Positions 48,441 through 58,865 of a stretch of 64,000 nucleotides of DNA are shown here, in pieces (within the stretch, counting starts at the first letter, position 1; each line of letters begins with the position of its first letter). The notes under the pieces were generated by a model, which was not told the origin of the DNA, did no database searches, and saw nothing but the letters and a program-made list of their open reading frames with translations. This DNA comes from a candidate division WOR-3 bacterium (GTDB lineage: Bacteria; Hydrothermota; Hydrothermia; LBFQ01). The translations under genes were made by a program, and so were the position numbers. Location of the stretch: assembly GCA_027050205.1 (NCBI GenBank), contig JALUCS010000126.1, positions 8,506-72,505 of the forward strand. The letters are read 5' to 3'.

Positions 48441-51230
48441 ATGCTCGTCCTGCTCCTAAGCCAGTGGTCCTACGGGTACAACAAGGTGGATTACAAGAAC
48501 CTCCGCTGGGGCTACCTTGACGGGAAGCACTTTCAGGTGTATTACTATCAGGGTGGGGAGAGGCTGGCGGAGTTCGCCCTTGGGGTACTTGAGGAGGCCT
48601 TCAAGGAGTACCAACCCTACTTTCCGGGAGCCATAACCGAGGGGGAGAAGATTCCCGTCCTCATATACGTCTCCCCCAAGGACTTTGAGATGACCAACGT
48701 CTCCCCTTACCTCGTACCGGAGGGGGTCGGTGGCTTCACGGAGAGCTTCAAGAGGAGGATAGTGGTCCCCTTCGCCGGATCCTATCCGGAGTTCCGGCAC
48801 GTCCTACGGCACGAGCTGGTGCATGCCTTCCAGTACTCCTACTCAAGGGGGCTGTCATCTATGTTCTCATCCCCTCCCCCGCTGTGGTTTGTGGAGGGGA
48901 TGGCCGAGTTCCTGTCGGAGGGGTGGAGCGTCCGCACCGAGGCCTATATGCGGGATATGGTCATAAACCTCTCCCTCCCTCCTCTACGGGAGATGGACTA
49001 CTACGCCGGGTACATAGTCTATCGCTACGGTGAGGCCTTCTTCAACTACGTAAAGGACGTCTACGGGGAGGAGGCCGTTCGGGACTTCATAAGGTACGGC
49101 TTGGGCGGTAAGGTGCAGGAGGCCCTCCGCCGTATCACCCACAAGGACCTCGTGGATATTGACGAGGAGTTTTCTATGTACATAAAGGAGAGGGTCCTGA
49201 AGGCGATGGGTACCTTCAACTTCCCCAACGATATAAAGAAGCTGACGAGCCGTCGTAGGGACAACTCCTTCCTCAACCTCGGTGCCGCCATATCACCGGA
49301 CGGCTCCAAGGTGGCCTTCGTGTCGGATAGGGGCGGGAGGATTGGGATATACGTCGCCGACCTCGCTACGAGGGAGATAAAGAAGCTCCTTTCGGCCGGG
49401 AGGTCCCCGGACTTTGAGAACCTACACGTCGTAAAGCCCTCGTTGAGCATATCTAAGGACGGGAAGCTGGTCACTATATCGCAGGGTACGTACTCGGACC
49501 TCCTCCACATCTACGACATCCGTACCTTCAAGAGGCTCAAGAAGGTCCCCCTGAAATTCTTGGACGGCGCCCATGGCGCCCGCATATCCCCGGACGGCGG
49601 TAAGGTGGTCTTCGTAGGGTACTCCAACGGCGTCCCCGACCTCTACCTCTACGACATAAGGCGAGGGGTGTTCTCCAAACTGACCAACGACCCGTGGAGC
49701 GAGGACGACCCCTATTGGTACGACGATAGCACCGTCATATACGTGAGCGACAGGAACGATAAGGGGGAAATAGGTGCCTACGCCATTTTCAAGGTAAACG
49801 TCAATACCGGCGACATAGAGTACGTCTGGGGCAGGCGGAGGATACTCCGCTCCCCTATAAGGTGGAAGGACGGGATCGCCTTTCTGACGGACTACAGGGG
49901 GGCGGTGAATATGTTCCTCCTGCGGGGGGACAGCATTTATATGCTAACCGATTACTTCACGGAGCTATCCCATCCGGACGTGGCCGAGAACGGTAGGGTG
50001 GTCTTCTCTATGATGTGGGAGGGGGGATGGGACGTCTTCCTCGCCCCTTACTCCTTGGATGAGAAGGGGGAGGTTTCTCTGGAGACGGAAGGAGGTTATA
50101 CCCTGCCCGACTCCAACCTCATCGCTGGGGCAGTTAAGAGGCCTCTGGGCTTCACCCTCGGCATAGACATGGCCTACGGGAGCCTCGGATACTCCTCCTT
50201 TTACGGGACGGTCGGGGCCTTCTACATGCTCCTCTCGGACATCCCCGGAGACAACTGGATATTCCTCCAGCTTCTCGGCCAATCCCAGGACATAAGCAAC
50301 TCCGAGTTCGTGATAACGTGGTACAACTTCAAGGGGCGCCTGGACAAGGTCCTCGGCCTCTCCCAGCTCTGGAACTTCAAGTACACTCCTCCCCATTTCA
50401 TATACGAGAAGAGGCTTTCCGCCGACGTCGGTCTCCAGTACCCGTTTACCCGGTACTTCAGGGTAGAAGGGTACTTCTCCGCCCACTACAACACCTGGAT
50501 AATGTTTCACGAGGACTCCCTACTCTACTACTACCCCAACTGCGTTAGCTACAACCTGTGCATATCGCCCAGATTCACCTATCCTAAGGGGTACGATATT
50601 ACGGCCTCTCTGGTCTACGACGACGTCCTCTTAACCTACTATGGCTCAACGGAGGGCGTAAGGTGGAGGTTGATAGGGGCGACGAGTCTCCCCGGCTCAC
50701 AGGTGGACTTCAGGACGGCCTTCTTTGAGGGGATGTTCTTCAAGAGGGTAACCCACCGGAGCATCTGGGCGAACCGCCTCGTCCTCGCCCGTAGCGTTGG
50801 CAAACATAGGGATGCCTTCACCGCCGGGGGGCCTTACGGTGTGAGGGCTTACGACCTCTTCTACTTCTTCTACGACGAGAACAACAGACCGGTGCGGTTC
50901 CTCATAGGCAACAACCTCGTCCTGTTCAACTCCGAGTTGCGGTTCCCCTTCCTTGACCGCCTCAAGTTCGGTTTCCTGCCCTTTGAGGTTAGGGGCATAA
51001 GGGCGCTCCTCTTCTTGGACATAGGAAACGCCTGGTTTGACGAGGATATACCCCTGAACAAGTTCCAACCTATAAGGGACGGCGTCCTCTGGGACCTCTT
51101 CGCAGACTTCGGGGCCGGTTTCCGTTTCAACCTCGGATACTTCCCCTTGAGGGTGGATTACGCCTTCCCAACGGACCTCAAGAGGGTCTATAGCGGGCGG
51201 TGGATCCTGTCCTTCGGCTGGGACTTTTAG
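48441..51230 (+). CDS. Omp85/BamA-TamA-like barrel fused to a peptidase-MA-like domain and a TolB/PD40 propeller
   Basis: HELVH...WFVEGMAE, ISPDG.KV.F repeats, VRAY and NSELRFP barrel motifs, terminal GWDF. Confidence 0.82.
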   Translation: MLVLLLSQWSYGYNKVDYKNLRWGYLDGKHFQVYYYQGGERLAEFALGVLEEAFKEYQPYFPGAITEGEKIPVLIYVSPKDFEMTNVSPYLVPEGVGGFTESFKRRIVVPFAGSYPEFRHVLRHELVHAFQYSYSRGLSSMFSSPPPLWFVEGMAEFLSEGWSVRTEAYMRDMVINLSLPPLREMDYYAGYIVYRYGEAFFNYVKDVYGEEAVRDFIRYGLGGKVQEALRRITHKDLVDIDEEFSMYIKERVLKAMGTFNFPNDIKKLTSRRRDNSFLNLGAAISPDGSKVAFVSDRGGRIGIYVADLATREIKKLLSAGRSPDFENLHVVKPSLSISKDGKLVTISQGTYSDLLHIYDIRTFKRLKKVPLKFLDGAHGARISPDGGKVVFVGYSNGVPDLYLYDIRRGVFSKLTNDPWSEDDPYWYDDSTVIYVSDRNDKGEIGAYAIFKVNVNTGDIEYVWGRRRILRSPIRWKDGIAFLTDYRGAVNMFLLRGDSIYMLTDYFTELSHPDVAENGRVVFSMMWEGGWDVFLAPYSLDEKGEVSLETEGGYTLPDSNLIAGAVKRPLGFTLGIDMAYGSLGYSSFYGTVGAFYMLLSDIPGDNWIFLQLLGQSQDISNSEFVITWYNFKGRLDKVLGLSQLWNFKYTPPHFIYEKRLSADVGLQYPFTRYFRVEGYFSAHYNTWIMFHEDSLLYYYPNCVSYNLCISPRFTYPKGYDITASLVYDDVLLTYYGSTEGVRWRLIGATSLPGSQVDFRTAFFEGMFFKRVTHRSIWANRLVLARSVGKHRDAFTAGGPYGVRAYDLFYFFYDENNRPVRFLIGNNLVLFNSELRFPFLDRLKFGFLPFEVRGIRALLFLDIGNAWFDEDIPLNKFQPIRDGVLWDLFADFGAGFRFNLGYFPLRVDYAFPTDLKRVYSGRWILSFGWDF

Positions 51231-51236
51231 CTTAGC

Positions 51237-52691
51237 CTACCTGACCACTACCTTAAACACCCTATCCTTGACCTTAACGAAATACACACCGGTGGGCAGA
51301 GATACCCTGCCCTCGCCTCTGAAGACGAGTCTGCCGCTGACGGAATACACCTCACCCTTAACCTTCATCTCAAGCCCTCCCTTTAGTACGGTAAATACCC
51401 CCTTACTCTCCATCCTCCTCTCCTTAACCTCTACCATACCTTTGGTGGTAACACTGAAATACACCATACGATCTGGCTCCCTCCTGTCCCCACCCCATAT
51501 GCCAAAGAGACGGTCGCTGTCGTACTCAAACCCCATATACTCCCCCTCAAGATTGTCCCCGTACATCCTGAAATCCGCAGAGGACACACGCCCAACTACC
51601 TCCCACGTGTTCCCTCTATCAACACTCCTGCCCCACATTACCCTCCAGACACTGTCCCTTCGGGACGTGTCCACCTTCTCAAGATAGCTTACGTACCACA
51701 CGCTCGCACTTTGGGTCAGGGTGGGCTGTATCTGATCCCTGTTCAGCGTGCTGTCTATCCACCTACCCGTCCAACTCCCATAACCTCCGTTGTAGTTGTA
51801 GGCCACCCGCACATTGCACGTTGTCATCCCGTTGAACCTCGTGTATCCTATTGCTATCGTGTCTCCTTTGACTATCATGGTGTGAATCGTTTTCGTTGGT
51901 CTCTTCCAAATTAGCCTGCTCCTTGTGGCACATTTTGTTGTACTATCCGCCAGAAACCATATCGCTGCTGTGTCTATTATGTCCCAAGTTGCGCCGTAGT
52001 CGTCGCTCCTCGCCAGACCGATGGTTATCCTTGAAGGAGATGAAAGGAAGTACTTTGTGCTTGCGTACGAGAGATAAAATCTACCACCGGTGTATGCAAG
52101 ATAGGATACGTTTGCCTCCCTCGTAGAATCAACGATTACGGGCCCTTCCCATGTTATTCCACCATCTGATGAATGATAAACGACTACAACCGGAGTGTCA
52201 GCTTTGTACTCATGAGCCACGCTTACGACGATTTTTCCTCCGGGTGCAACGGCCATTCTGGGATAGTCTTTGGGGATGGTATCCCTTACAGTGTCTCCAT
52301 AGATCATGCCAGTAAGTGTATCGCAATCACCTAATACCCCTCCTATCACCTCACAGAAATGGACAAAGTATCTGCTGCCATGTGGTAATCGTGGGCATAC
52401 CTCAAGATAAACGACAAAAAATCTGCTGGGATTATCAGGATCGGGACGAACAAAAGGATCCGTTCTATTACAGTTTTTAGGAAACGTATCAGCATCACTC
52501 CACGTACTTCCCCCATCGCTACTGTATTTATAATAGACCTTTATATTACCACGGGTATCTGCCTTCATCCAGGCAACCATTACATTGTTGCCGTTAACTG
52601 CCACATGAGGTTCTACGTTCCTATATCCTGACTCTCCTATTTGAACTTCGCTCAGGAAGGGAGGATCAAGGGAAATCAGGAGTGCCAGCAT
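51237..52691 (-). CDS. Secreted sialidase-like (BNR/Asp-box) protein with a T9SS-like C-terminal domain
   Basis: Asp boxes SSDGGSTW, SSDGGITW, SDDYGATW, SVDRGNTW; C-terminal VYSVSGRLV...LPTGVYFVK..KVVVR. Confidence 0.78.
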   Translation of the reverse strand: MLALLISLDPPFLSEVQIGESGYRNVEPHVAVNGNNVMVAWMKADTRGNIKVYYKYSSDGGSTWSDADTFPKNCNRTDPFVRPDPDNPSRFFVVYLEVCPRLPHGSRYFVHFCEVIGGVLGDCDTLTGMIYGDTVRDTIPKDYPRMAVAPGGKIVVSVAHEYKADTPVVVVYHSSDGGITWEGPVIVDSTREANVSYLAYTGGRFYLSYASTKYFLSSPSRITIGLARSDDYGATWDIIDTAAIWFLADSTTKCATRSRLIWKRPTKTIHTMIVKGDTIAIGYTRFNGMTTCNVRVAYNYNGGYGSWTGRWIDSTLNRDQIQPTLTQSASVWYVSYLEKVDTSRRDSVWRVMWGRSVDRGNTWEVVGRVSSADFRMYGDNLEGEYMGFEYDSDRLFGIWGGDRREPDRMVYFSVTTKGMVEVKERRMESKGVFTVLKGGLEMKVKGEVYSVSGRLVFRGEGRVSLPTGVYFVKVKDRVFKVVVR

Positions 52692-52703
52692 ACTTTCACC
52701 TCC

Positions 52704-53333
52704 TCATTTCAGATAAACAGGCCCCACTTCAAACGAGGCGCAGGAGTCTATGGAACCTAATGGAGGCGTAACGAAAAGAGTAAAACCGTAGATCGGCTGG
52801 AAAGATTGATTGGGATAAACGAGATCGTAGAGATACATCGCAACCCTTTCCCACTTACCGGGTTCTTTTATGTGGGCCTTTCTCGTTCCCCATCCTTCCC
52901 ATTCTACCTCCTCGCCTTTGTTGTTAAGGGAACGGAGTTCCGGTACGAAACGTACAGTACAGTACTTCTCCTTGCTTCTGACATAGACGATGAGGCTATC
53001 AACCTTGGGTATCGGATAGTAGTAGAGGTCGTAGTACTTGCCATTATAGGAGTTCTCGTATCCGAACTTATAACCCATCTCCTCGTACCTTCTCTTCATA
53101 TCCACATCGCCCTTTTCTATCCATCTCTGGCCAGCTATGAGTGTAGCACCGGAGTAGGACCTGTGCTTGGGATAGGCGAAGTAGAACCTCTGGTAGGCCT
53201 TTATAACGATCTTGGCATCCTCCTCCTTGGGTACGCTGTCATCGGGGAGTATCAAAGTATCCCTCTTCAGAGGTAGGGCAGCCCACCATCCACCTTCTAA
53301 CTCTACCGGTTGCGACAGAAGGCATAGAAGCAT
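52704..53333 (-). CDS. Hypothetical exported protein (possible paralogue of 53377-54000)
   Basis: Short hydrophobic N-terminus; TAAAAT 8 nt upstream. Confidence 0.6.
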   Translation of the reverse strand: MLLCLLSQPVELEGGWWAALPLKRDTLILPDDSVPKEEDAKIVIKAYQRFYFAYPKHRSYSGATLIAGQRWIEKGDVDMKRRYEEMGYKFGYENSYNGKYYDLYYYPIPKVDSLIVYVRSKEKYCTVRFVPELRSLNNKGEEVEWEGWGTRKAHIKEPGKWERVAMYLYDLVYPNQSFQPIYGFTLFVTPPLGSIDSCASFEVGPVYLK

Positions 53334-53376
53334 AAGGTTATATTTTAAAGGTGAAGCAAAGATTTTGAAAGTGTAT

Positions 53377-54000
53377 TTACTTTACAAGGTATATTGGGCT
53401 TAGCTCTATCTCGTACTCGTAGTCGCCAAAGGTGTCGGCTAGGGGGATGATGTAAAAGCTAAGCGGATAGGGTCTATCGGTACCGTACGAACAAGGCAAG
53501 GAAAAGTGCATCCCGACAGCCGGAGGATTATAAACGTTAAAATCCTTACCTAAACTATCAAGGTCTATACGAATCTCTATCCACGATACGTCAAGGGTTT
53601 GCTTTCGTACTATAGGGCTTCTACAGTATCCCCGATATACAATCTCTCCGCCCATTTCGTACTTTCCCTTCCCCCTGATATAGAAGACGAGATACCTACC
53701 CCAGTCAAGGAGGTCAAGAGGATAGCTTTTAAGATAGGAAGCCATACCGGGCATAAGGAGTTCCGTCCTCCAGCTCTTATCCCTGTACTCCCACACTCCC
53801 TTTAGATGCAGGGCCTTGTAGTCATCTACGACCCTGTACTCCCCGTTGGGTACGGGAATACTGTCGCTCAAGGGTAGTGTGTCAAAGTTGGCTATCTCCC
53901 AGCCCCCGTACTCGTACTTCACCGCACCGACAGCCTTGAGTATGCTGTCCATCTGTCTGCTCTCGTAAAGGTCGGCAAAGAGGTAGGCAAAAAGCAACAC
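53377..54000 (-). CDS. Hypothetical exported protein
   Basis: Similar length and motifs to its neighbour (GGW...D.L.L.D..P, YLVFYIRGK vs LIVYVRSK, C-terminal P.YL.K). Confidence 0.6.
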   Translation of the reverse strand: MLLFAYLFADLYESRQMDSILKAVGAVKYEYGGWEIANFDTLPLSDSIPVPNGEYRVVDDYKALHLKGVWEYRDKSWRTELLMPGMASYLKSYPLDLLDWGRYLVFYIRGKGKYEMGGEIVYRGYCRSPIVRKQTLDVSWIEIRIDLDSLGKDFNVYNPPAVGMHFSLPCSYGTDRPYPLSFYIIPLADTFGDYEYEIELSPIYLVK

Positions 54001-54071
54001 GGCAACCTTGATTTTATAGGAGGCGTATGCCCCGACGAAGTTTTGGCTATCTCGTCCATAAAATAATGGCC

Positions 54072-57000
54072 ATGATAGGCTCCGTTATCCTCGTAGCCGC
54101 TAGCATAGGCGACCTCTTTCCCATAGCAGAGGCCGATTTGGAGGCCGAGGTTATGTTCCTTGCGGGGGTTTCGGCTTTCCGCATAAGGGAATTGAGGGAA
54201 CTTAAGGACATAAGGGACCTGTGCCTCCATTCTGTGGCCAAAGACCTACCGATTTTGACGGCGTCCTCGTGCTACCTTTACGCCGAGAGGTTGAACGGTC
54301 TGGCCAAGTACGACTCCGCCCTCAATTACTACGGCTATGCCTTGAAGGGTATAGAGAAACTCAAGCATCATCGTATAAGGCGGATAGATGTTGTTCTAGA
54401 TTCATCTTTTATTAATTTTATTGCATCGTTTCCGAAAATTCGCCAAGAATTACCCAGAATAATAGACACGTACGGGTATAAGATTACCATAACGCCCGGA
54501 TTGTTGGGAGAATTGGCGAAGGTGGTGGAGGGAGACATATACCTCGGTATGGGAAGGGCGAAGTATTACAAGGTATCTTACGGGTTGGACCCCGAACGGA
54601 TAGACCTCTTCTACAGCACACTATCTGACGCCGAAAGGGACTATAAGAAGGCCGTAGTATCCTATATGGAGATGTTTTTGCCCGGCGTGAAAGACACCTT
54701 CAACTTCCCCAACCCCAAACTGGGCCGAGCCTACCTCCACCTCGCCGCCCTCTACAAACTTAGGGGGGAGATTCAGAGGTCCGACTCCCTATACACAAAG
54801 GCCAGCGACAACCTCGGTAATGTGGCTGCGTGGTACTTCGCCCTCGTATCCGACAGATTCCCGGATATGGAGAGGGCTAAGCCGTACATCCGTAAGGCCA
54901 AACTTTACACCCTCCTATCTTTGGAACCGCTCCTGAAGAGGATCAAGTACGACTACGGGAAGTTAGCCGATACCTACCTAATGCTTGGAAAGATAGCCCT
55001 TGTGGAGGGGAATATGAGACTGGCCCTATCAACCTACCGCAGAGTCAACACCCTAAGCCTCTCTTACGCCTCCGAGTACCTTGACACCGTAGTGTCCGAC
55101 TACCTATGCTTCCTGAACGAGGAGGGATGCGGGGACGGTTGGGTACAGGCAATGCTACGGACAGCCGGGAAGAGATACGAGAGGTTCAACAAGGCCGAAG
55201 CCTACGGGATGTTGGCCGAGACCTACGAGCTGAAGGGGGACTTGAGGAGGGCCGTACGGTACTACGGGAGGATGGCGGAGGTCTATCTGAACTACGGACG
55301 AAGGATTAGAGAAAGAAAAACGAAGAAAAAACTAAAAAATTTAATTGATTATCTCAAAAAATACACCTACTTAAACTCCCCCTCCGGCGCCCAGGTTCTC
55401 TTGGCGGCCGGTGAGATATACGACGCCCTCGGATACCACCACGTCGCCCTCTCCTACTATCGGAAGGCCCTTAAGATATACAGCGATTGCTCCAAAGAGC
55501 GGGACAAAGGGGAGACCTACTTCCATATCTGGAGGAGCTTCCTGATAAGGGGAGACTACGCAAAGGCCTTCAGGTACCGCGACAGCATAACCCGAACGGA
55601 CAGCCTACGGGCGGGGGACCTACACTTCGGGACGGGTAGGTACTACGAAGCGAGGAAGGATTACAGCAGAGCAGTGGAGTACTACCTCCGCGCCCTCAAA
55701 GCCTACTCCTCCCTCAAGGGAAGTCTGAAACTCGTCAAGATGATCGCCACCACCGAACGCCTGATAGAGACCTACGAGAAGCAGGGGAAGTACGGCAAGA
55801 TGAAGGATCTCTACAGGTCCCTCTTCCTATCCTATCAGAGACTCGGAGAACTTGAGGGAGACACGGCCTACTACTCAAAGGCCTTGGAAACGTACGAACG
55901 GCACCTGAAGGACGATACCCTCAAGGAGGTCCTTGGGTCCTCCGCCCTGCTCTACCTGATCTCCGCCAAATTTTACAGGGAGAAGGGAGATTACCGGAGG
56001 GCTATAGAGTACTACCGTAAGTTCTTAGACACCTACGAACGTACCGGGGATACCTCCACCGACCTAAGGAACGTCTATGCGGATCTTGGAGTGCTGTACT
56101 CCCAGATAGGGAAGGAGGACGAGGCTAAGAGGTACTACAAGGCAGCCGGTTTAGAGATACGACCGGAGGACAGGATCCTCGCCACGGCAGAGGCTTACCT
56201 TCAGGAGTGTATGAAGGGTGGTCCCAAAGGGGCGTGCGGGAAGGCGGAGGAACTCCTTACGAAACTCGGACCTCCCTACAGGTACAGGTTGTACGAGGTG
56301 TATTTCGCCCTGGCGACCTACCACCTCCACAATCGCCCTAAGGAGTACGTGGAGCGTATGCTCAAGGCCGTAAGTCTGGCGGACTCCCTACGTACGGTGT
56401 GCCTCTCCGGAAACGTCCCCAAAGGAATAGACTGCGACGACTTCCACCATGCGAGGAACCCCCTCTTCCTCCTCTACTACTACCTAGCCCTAAACTACAG
56501 CCGTTGGGCGGAGGAGGTGTCTAACAGGCGGAGGGACAGCCTCTTCTTTACCTACGTACGGCTATCGGAGGAGTACGCCCTACGGGCCAAGGAGGCCGCC
56601 ACCTCGCCCTACGTTTCGGACGCGGAGGGTGTCGGGGACGCCTTAGAGGACATCTACTTCCTCCTCGGAAACCTGTACTACACGGCCGCCCTGTATAAGA
56701 GCCGGGAGGGGCTGAAACGCTTCGAGAGGGAGGCGGACGCGAGGATAAAAAGGTACAAGGACGAGACCGTAAAGGAGGCTAAATCGGTATCTCGCTACGA
56801 CTTTGTGGGCGATAATATGTACAAGGAAATTACTGATAGTCTCAATAAAGCGAAGGATAAGGTGGTATATAAGACCCCGAAGGAGGAGGACCTGTACAGG
56901 TACGTAATCCTCAAGAGTCGGTGGCGCGAGTACTCCATACGGCGGTGGATGACCTCGTTCAGGGAAAAGAGGGTGATACAACTGATGAAGAAGGAGATAG

Positions 57001-57659
57001 AGGCGGGCTTCAAATCGGGGAGGGGGATGATACTGATGGTTGACGGCAGACCCTACCTGTCAAAGGCCATAAACTCCTTCGTTCAGGGCCTCAAGTACGC
57101 CCAGATGGGATACTTCAAGGAACCGGAGGACCCTAAAACCCTCTTTCAGTTCCACGACCAACTCGCCATCGTTGGCCCGGATATGAACGTACCCGCGATG
57201 AAGGTGGCCAACCTATCCTGTCGGAAGGATATGGACATCGGACCCGAAGACGGGGAACTTTACATCGCCATCACCCCCTCCGTATGCGAGAGGATCAAAC
57301 GCCTACCCTACGACTACCTCAACTCCCCCGCTTGGACAGGGTTCTTCTTTAACGCCCTCCACTACGACATCGTAGCCGAACAGGTTGGCCTCAACACCGG
57401 GTACTCCCTCCTTATACTCTTCGCCTCCCCCAACGAGAGCCTGAAACAGTACTCCACCCTCCTCCACCGTCCCTACACCTCACGGAAGGCCGAAGTATCC
57501 GAGCGTATGGGCGAGATCTCCTCCCTCCTCGGTCTGCGGAAGGATGCCGAGCAGCTGTGCGCCGTAGCCTACGACGAAGACCTCGTCGAGGGGGAGCGGT
57601 GCTACAGGCACCTCTACTGGCTCTACATCCGGAAAGGATACTACGGCCAACTCCGATGA
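54072..57659 (+). CDS. Large tetratricopeptide-repeat protein
   Basis: Many TPR-like units (AY..LA..Y...GD...A..YY). Start ATG 54072 lies 7 nt after TAAAAT; the ORF is open from 54027. Confidence 0.75.
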   Translation: MIGSVILVAASIGDLFPIAEADLEAEVMFLAGVSAFRIRELRELKDIRDLCLHSVAKDLPILTASSCYLYAERLNGLAKYDSALNYYGYALKGIEKLKHHRIRRIDVVLDSSFINFIASFPKIRQELPRIIDTYGYKITITPGLLGELAKVVEGDIYLGMGRAKYYKVSYGLDPERIDLFYSTLSDAERDYKKAVVSYMEMFLPGVKDTFNFPNPKLGRAYLHLAALYKLRGEIQRSDSLYTKASDNLGNVAAWYFALVSDRFPDMERAKPYIRKAKLYTLLSLEPLLKRIKYDYGKLADTYLMLGKIALVEGNMRLALSTYRRVNTLSLSYASEYLDTVVSDYLCFLNEEGCGDGWVQAMLRTAGKRYERFNKAEAYGMLAETYELKGDLRRAVRYYGRMAEVYLNYGRRIRERKTKKKLKNLIDYLKKYTYLNSPSGAQVLLAAGEIYDALGYHHVALSYYRKALKIYSDCSKERDKGETYFHIWRSFLIRGDYAKAFRYRDSITRTDSLRAGDLHFGTGRYYEARKDYSRAVEYYLRALKAYSSLKGSLKLVKMIATTERLIETYEKQGKYGKMKDLYRSLFLSYQRLGELEGDTAYYSKALETYERHLKDDTLKEVLGSSALLYLISAKFYREKGDYRRAIEYYRKFLDTYERTGDTSTDLRNVYADLGVLYSQIGKEDEAKRYYKAAGLEIRPEDRILATAEAYLQECMKGGPKGACGKAEELLTKLGPPYRYRLYEVYFALATYHLHNRPKEYVERMLKAVSLADSLRTVCLSGNVPKGIDCDDFHHARNPLFLLYYYLALNYSRWAEEVSNRRRDSLFFTYVRLSEEYALRAKEAATSPYVSDAEGVGDALEDIYFLLGNLYYTAALYKSREGLKRFEREADARIKRYKDETVKEAKSVSRYDFVGDNMYKEITDSLNKAKDKVVYKTPKEEDLYRYVILKSRWREYSIRRWMTSFREKRVIQLMKKEIEAGFKSGRGMILMVDGRPYLSKAINSFVQGLKYAQMGYFKEPEDPKTLFQFHDQLAIVGPDMNVPAMKVANLSCRKDMDIGPEDGELYIAITPSVCERIKRLPYDYLNSPAWTGFFFNALHYDIVAEQVGLNTGYSLLILFASPNESLKQYSTLLHRPYTSRKAEVSERMGEISSLLGLRKDAEQLCAVAYDEDLVEGERCYRHLYWLYIRKGYYGQLR

Positions 57660-57660
57660 C

Positions 57661-58860
57661 CTACCACTCCACCTCCACTATCTGGGCGTTCTCCTTGGTA
57701 TCAAACGAGGAGGACGTCTTGAAGATGTTGAGGGCATCGTCGTAGGACTGGACTGCCTCCCTTACGAACATCGGCTCCTCCCTCAAATAGAACCTGATGT
57801 GGTAGATGGCAAACAGGAGGCCCATTATCCCCCCCACCACGTACGGGGAGTAAGGCTCACCCACCCCCACGAGACGCTGGAAGTCGTTCTCGTAGAAGTT
57901 ATGGACCTTCGCTACCGCCCTCCCCTCTCTGATCTCCTCCACCTTCCAGAACCCCATCCCCCAGAACTTCATACTCCCCATTATGGCCCGGAAGAAATCC
58001 TCCGGGGTCTCCGGGTTCCCGTAGGCCACCTTACCTATGGATGTGTAGTACAGGGTGACGAAGGTCATCAGGAAGCCGGCGTACCCGGTGAAGCGGAGGG
58101 TCAGGTCGGCGGTCTGGAAGTCCCCCTCCGTCAGGGCCTTCCACGTGGCGTAGGAGAAGTAGTCGGTGGGGAAGTACAGGAAGGCCACCCTCTTGAGACC
58201 CCCGTAGGCCGAGGGGAGGTAAATGTTTCCGGAATCGTCGGCCGGAGGTATGGCCTCCCTTAAGAGGCTAACCTTTTCAAAGAAGTCCGGGTTCTCCTCC
58301 CGATAGAAGTTGAGGGTATCGTACCTAACCTTGGGAAACTCAAGACGTGAGGCTCTGACCTTAGGGACCATACGGCACACGGGGTCCTGCATCGCCACGC
58401 ACTCCACCTCCTCAACGTACACCGTACCCGGAGGCCTATCCAGCGCCAGATCCAAAGTGGCGGCTATGAAGCCCCTCTGAAAGTCGCATATAGGTACGTC
58501 CGAGGGAGCGTGATGCACGTAGAGGTAGGTCTGGGCTATAGGGGAGGCGAGGAGTTTGACGCTATCCTTACCGACCATAACGCTCCCGTACCCGAAACTC
58601 ATAAAGAGGGTCTCGGCGAAGTCAAGGAAGGCGTCTTTCCCTTCAAGTTTGAGCACCTCCCTCGCCCTTTTCAAGGTACGGTAGTTTGCAAAGACGGAGG
58701 CCCTATAGAGTATCTCCTTGCCCTTGGGGTGGGAGGCACGTATGGCATCCTCAAAGTACTGGTTCAGAAACGCCGACCTGTACGCGTACGGGTATCCGAA
58801 AACGAGGGATCTACCCGTACTGGGGTCAAACTCAACGAAATCAAGCGTGTGCTTTATCAT
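57661..58860 (-). CDS. V4R (4-vinyl reductase)-domain protein, apparently tandem
   Basis: GYG...PICDFQRGFIAA...VEEVECVAMQDPVCR; the second half is a degenerate repeat (WGMG..K...GGIMG). Confidence 0.65.
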   Translation of the reverse strand: MIKHTLDFVEFDPSTGRSLVFGYPYAYRSAFLNQYFEDAIRASHPKGKEILYRASVFANYRTLKRAREVLKLEGKDAFLDFAETLFMSFGYGSVMVGKDSVKLLASPIAQTYLYVHHAPSDVPICDFQRGFIAATLDLALDRPPGTVYVEEVECVAMQDPVCRMVPKVRASRLEFPKVRYDTLNFYREENPDFFEKVSLLREAIPPADDSGNIYLPSAYGGLKRVAFLYFPTDYFSYATWKALTEGDFQTADLTLRFTGYAGFLMTFVTLYYTSIGKVAYGNPETPEDFFRAIMGSMKFWGMGFWKVEEIREGRAVAKVHNFYENDFQRLVGVGEPYSPYVVGGIMGLLFAIYHIRFYLREEPMFVREAVQSYDDALNIFKTSSSFDTKENAQIVEVEW

Positions 58861-58865
58861 CTTCC

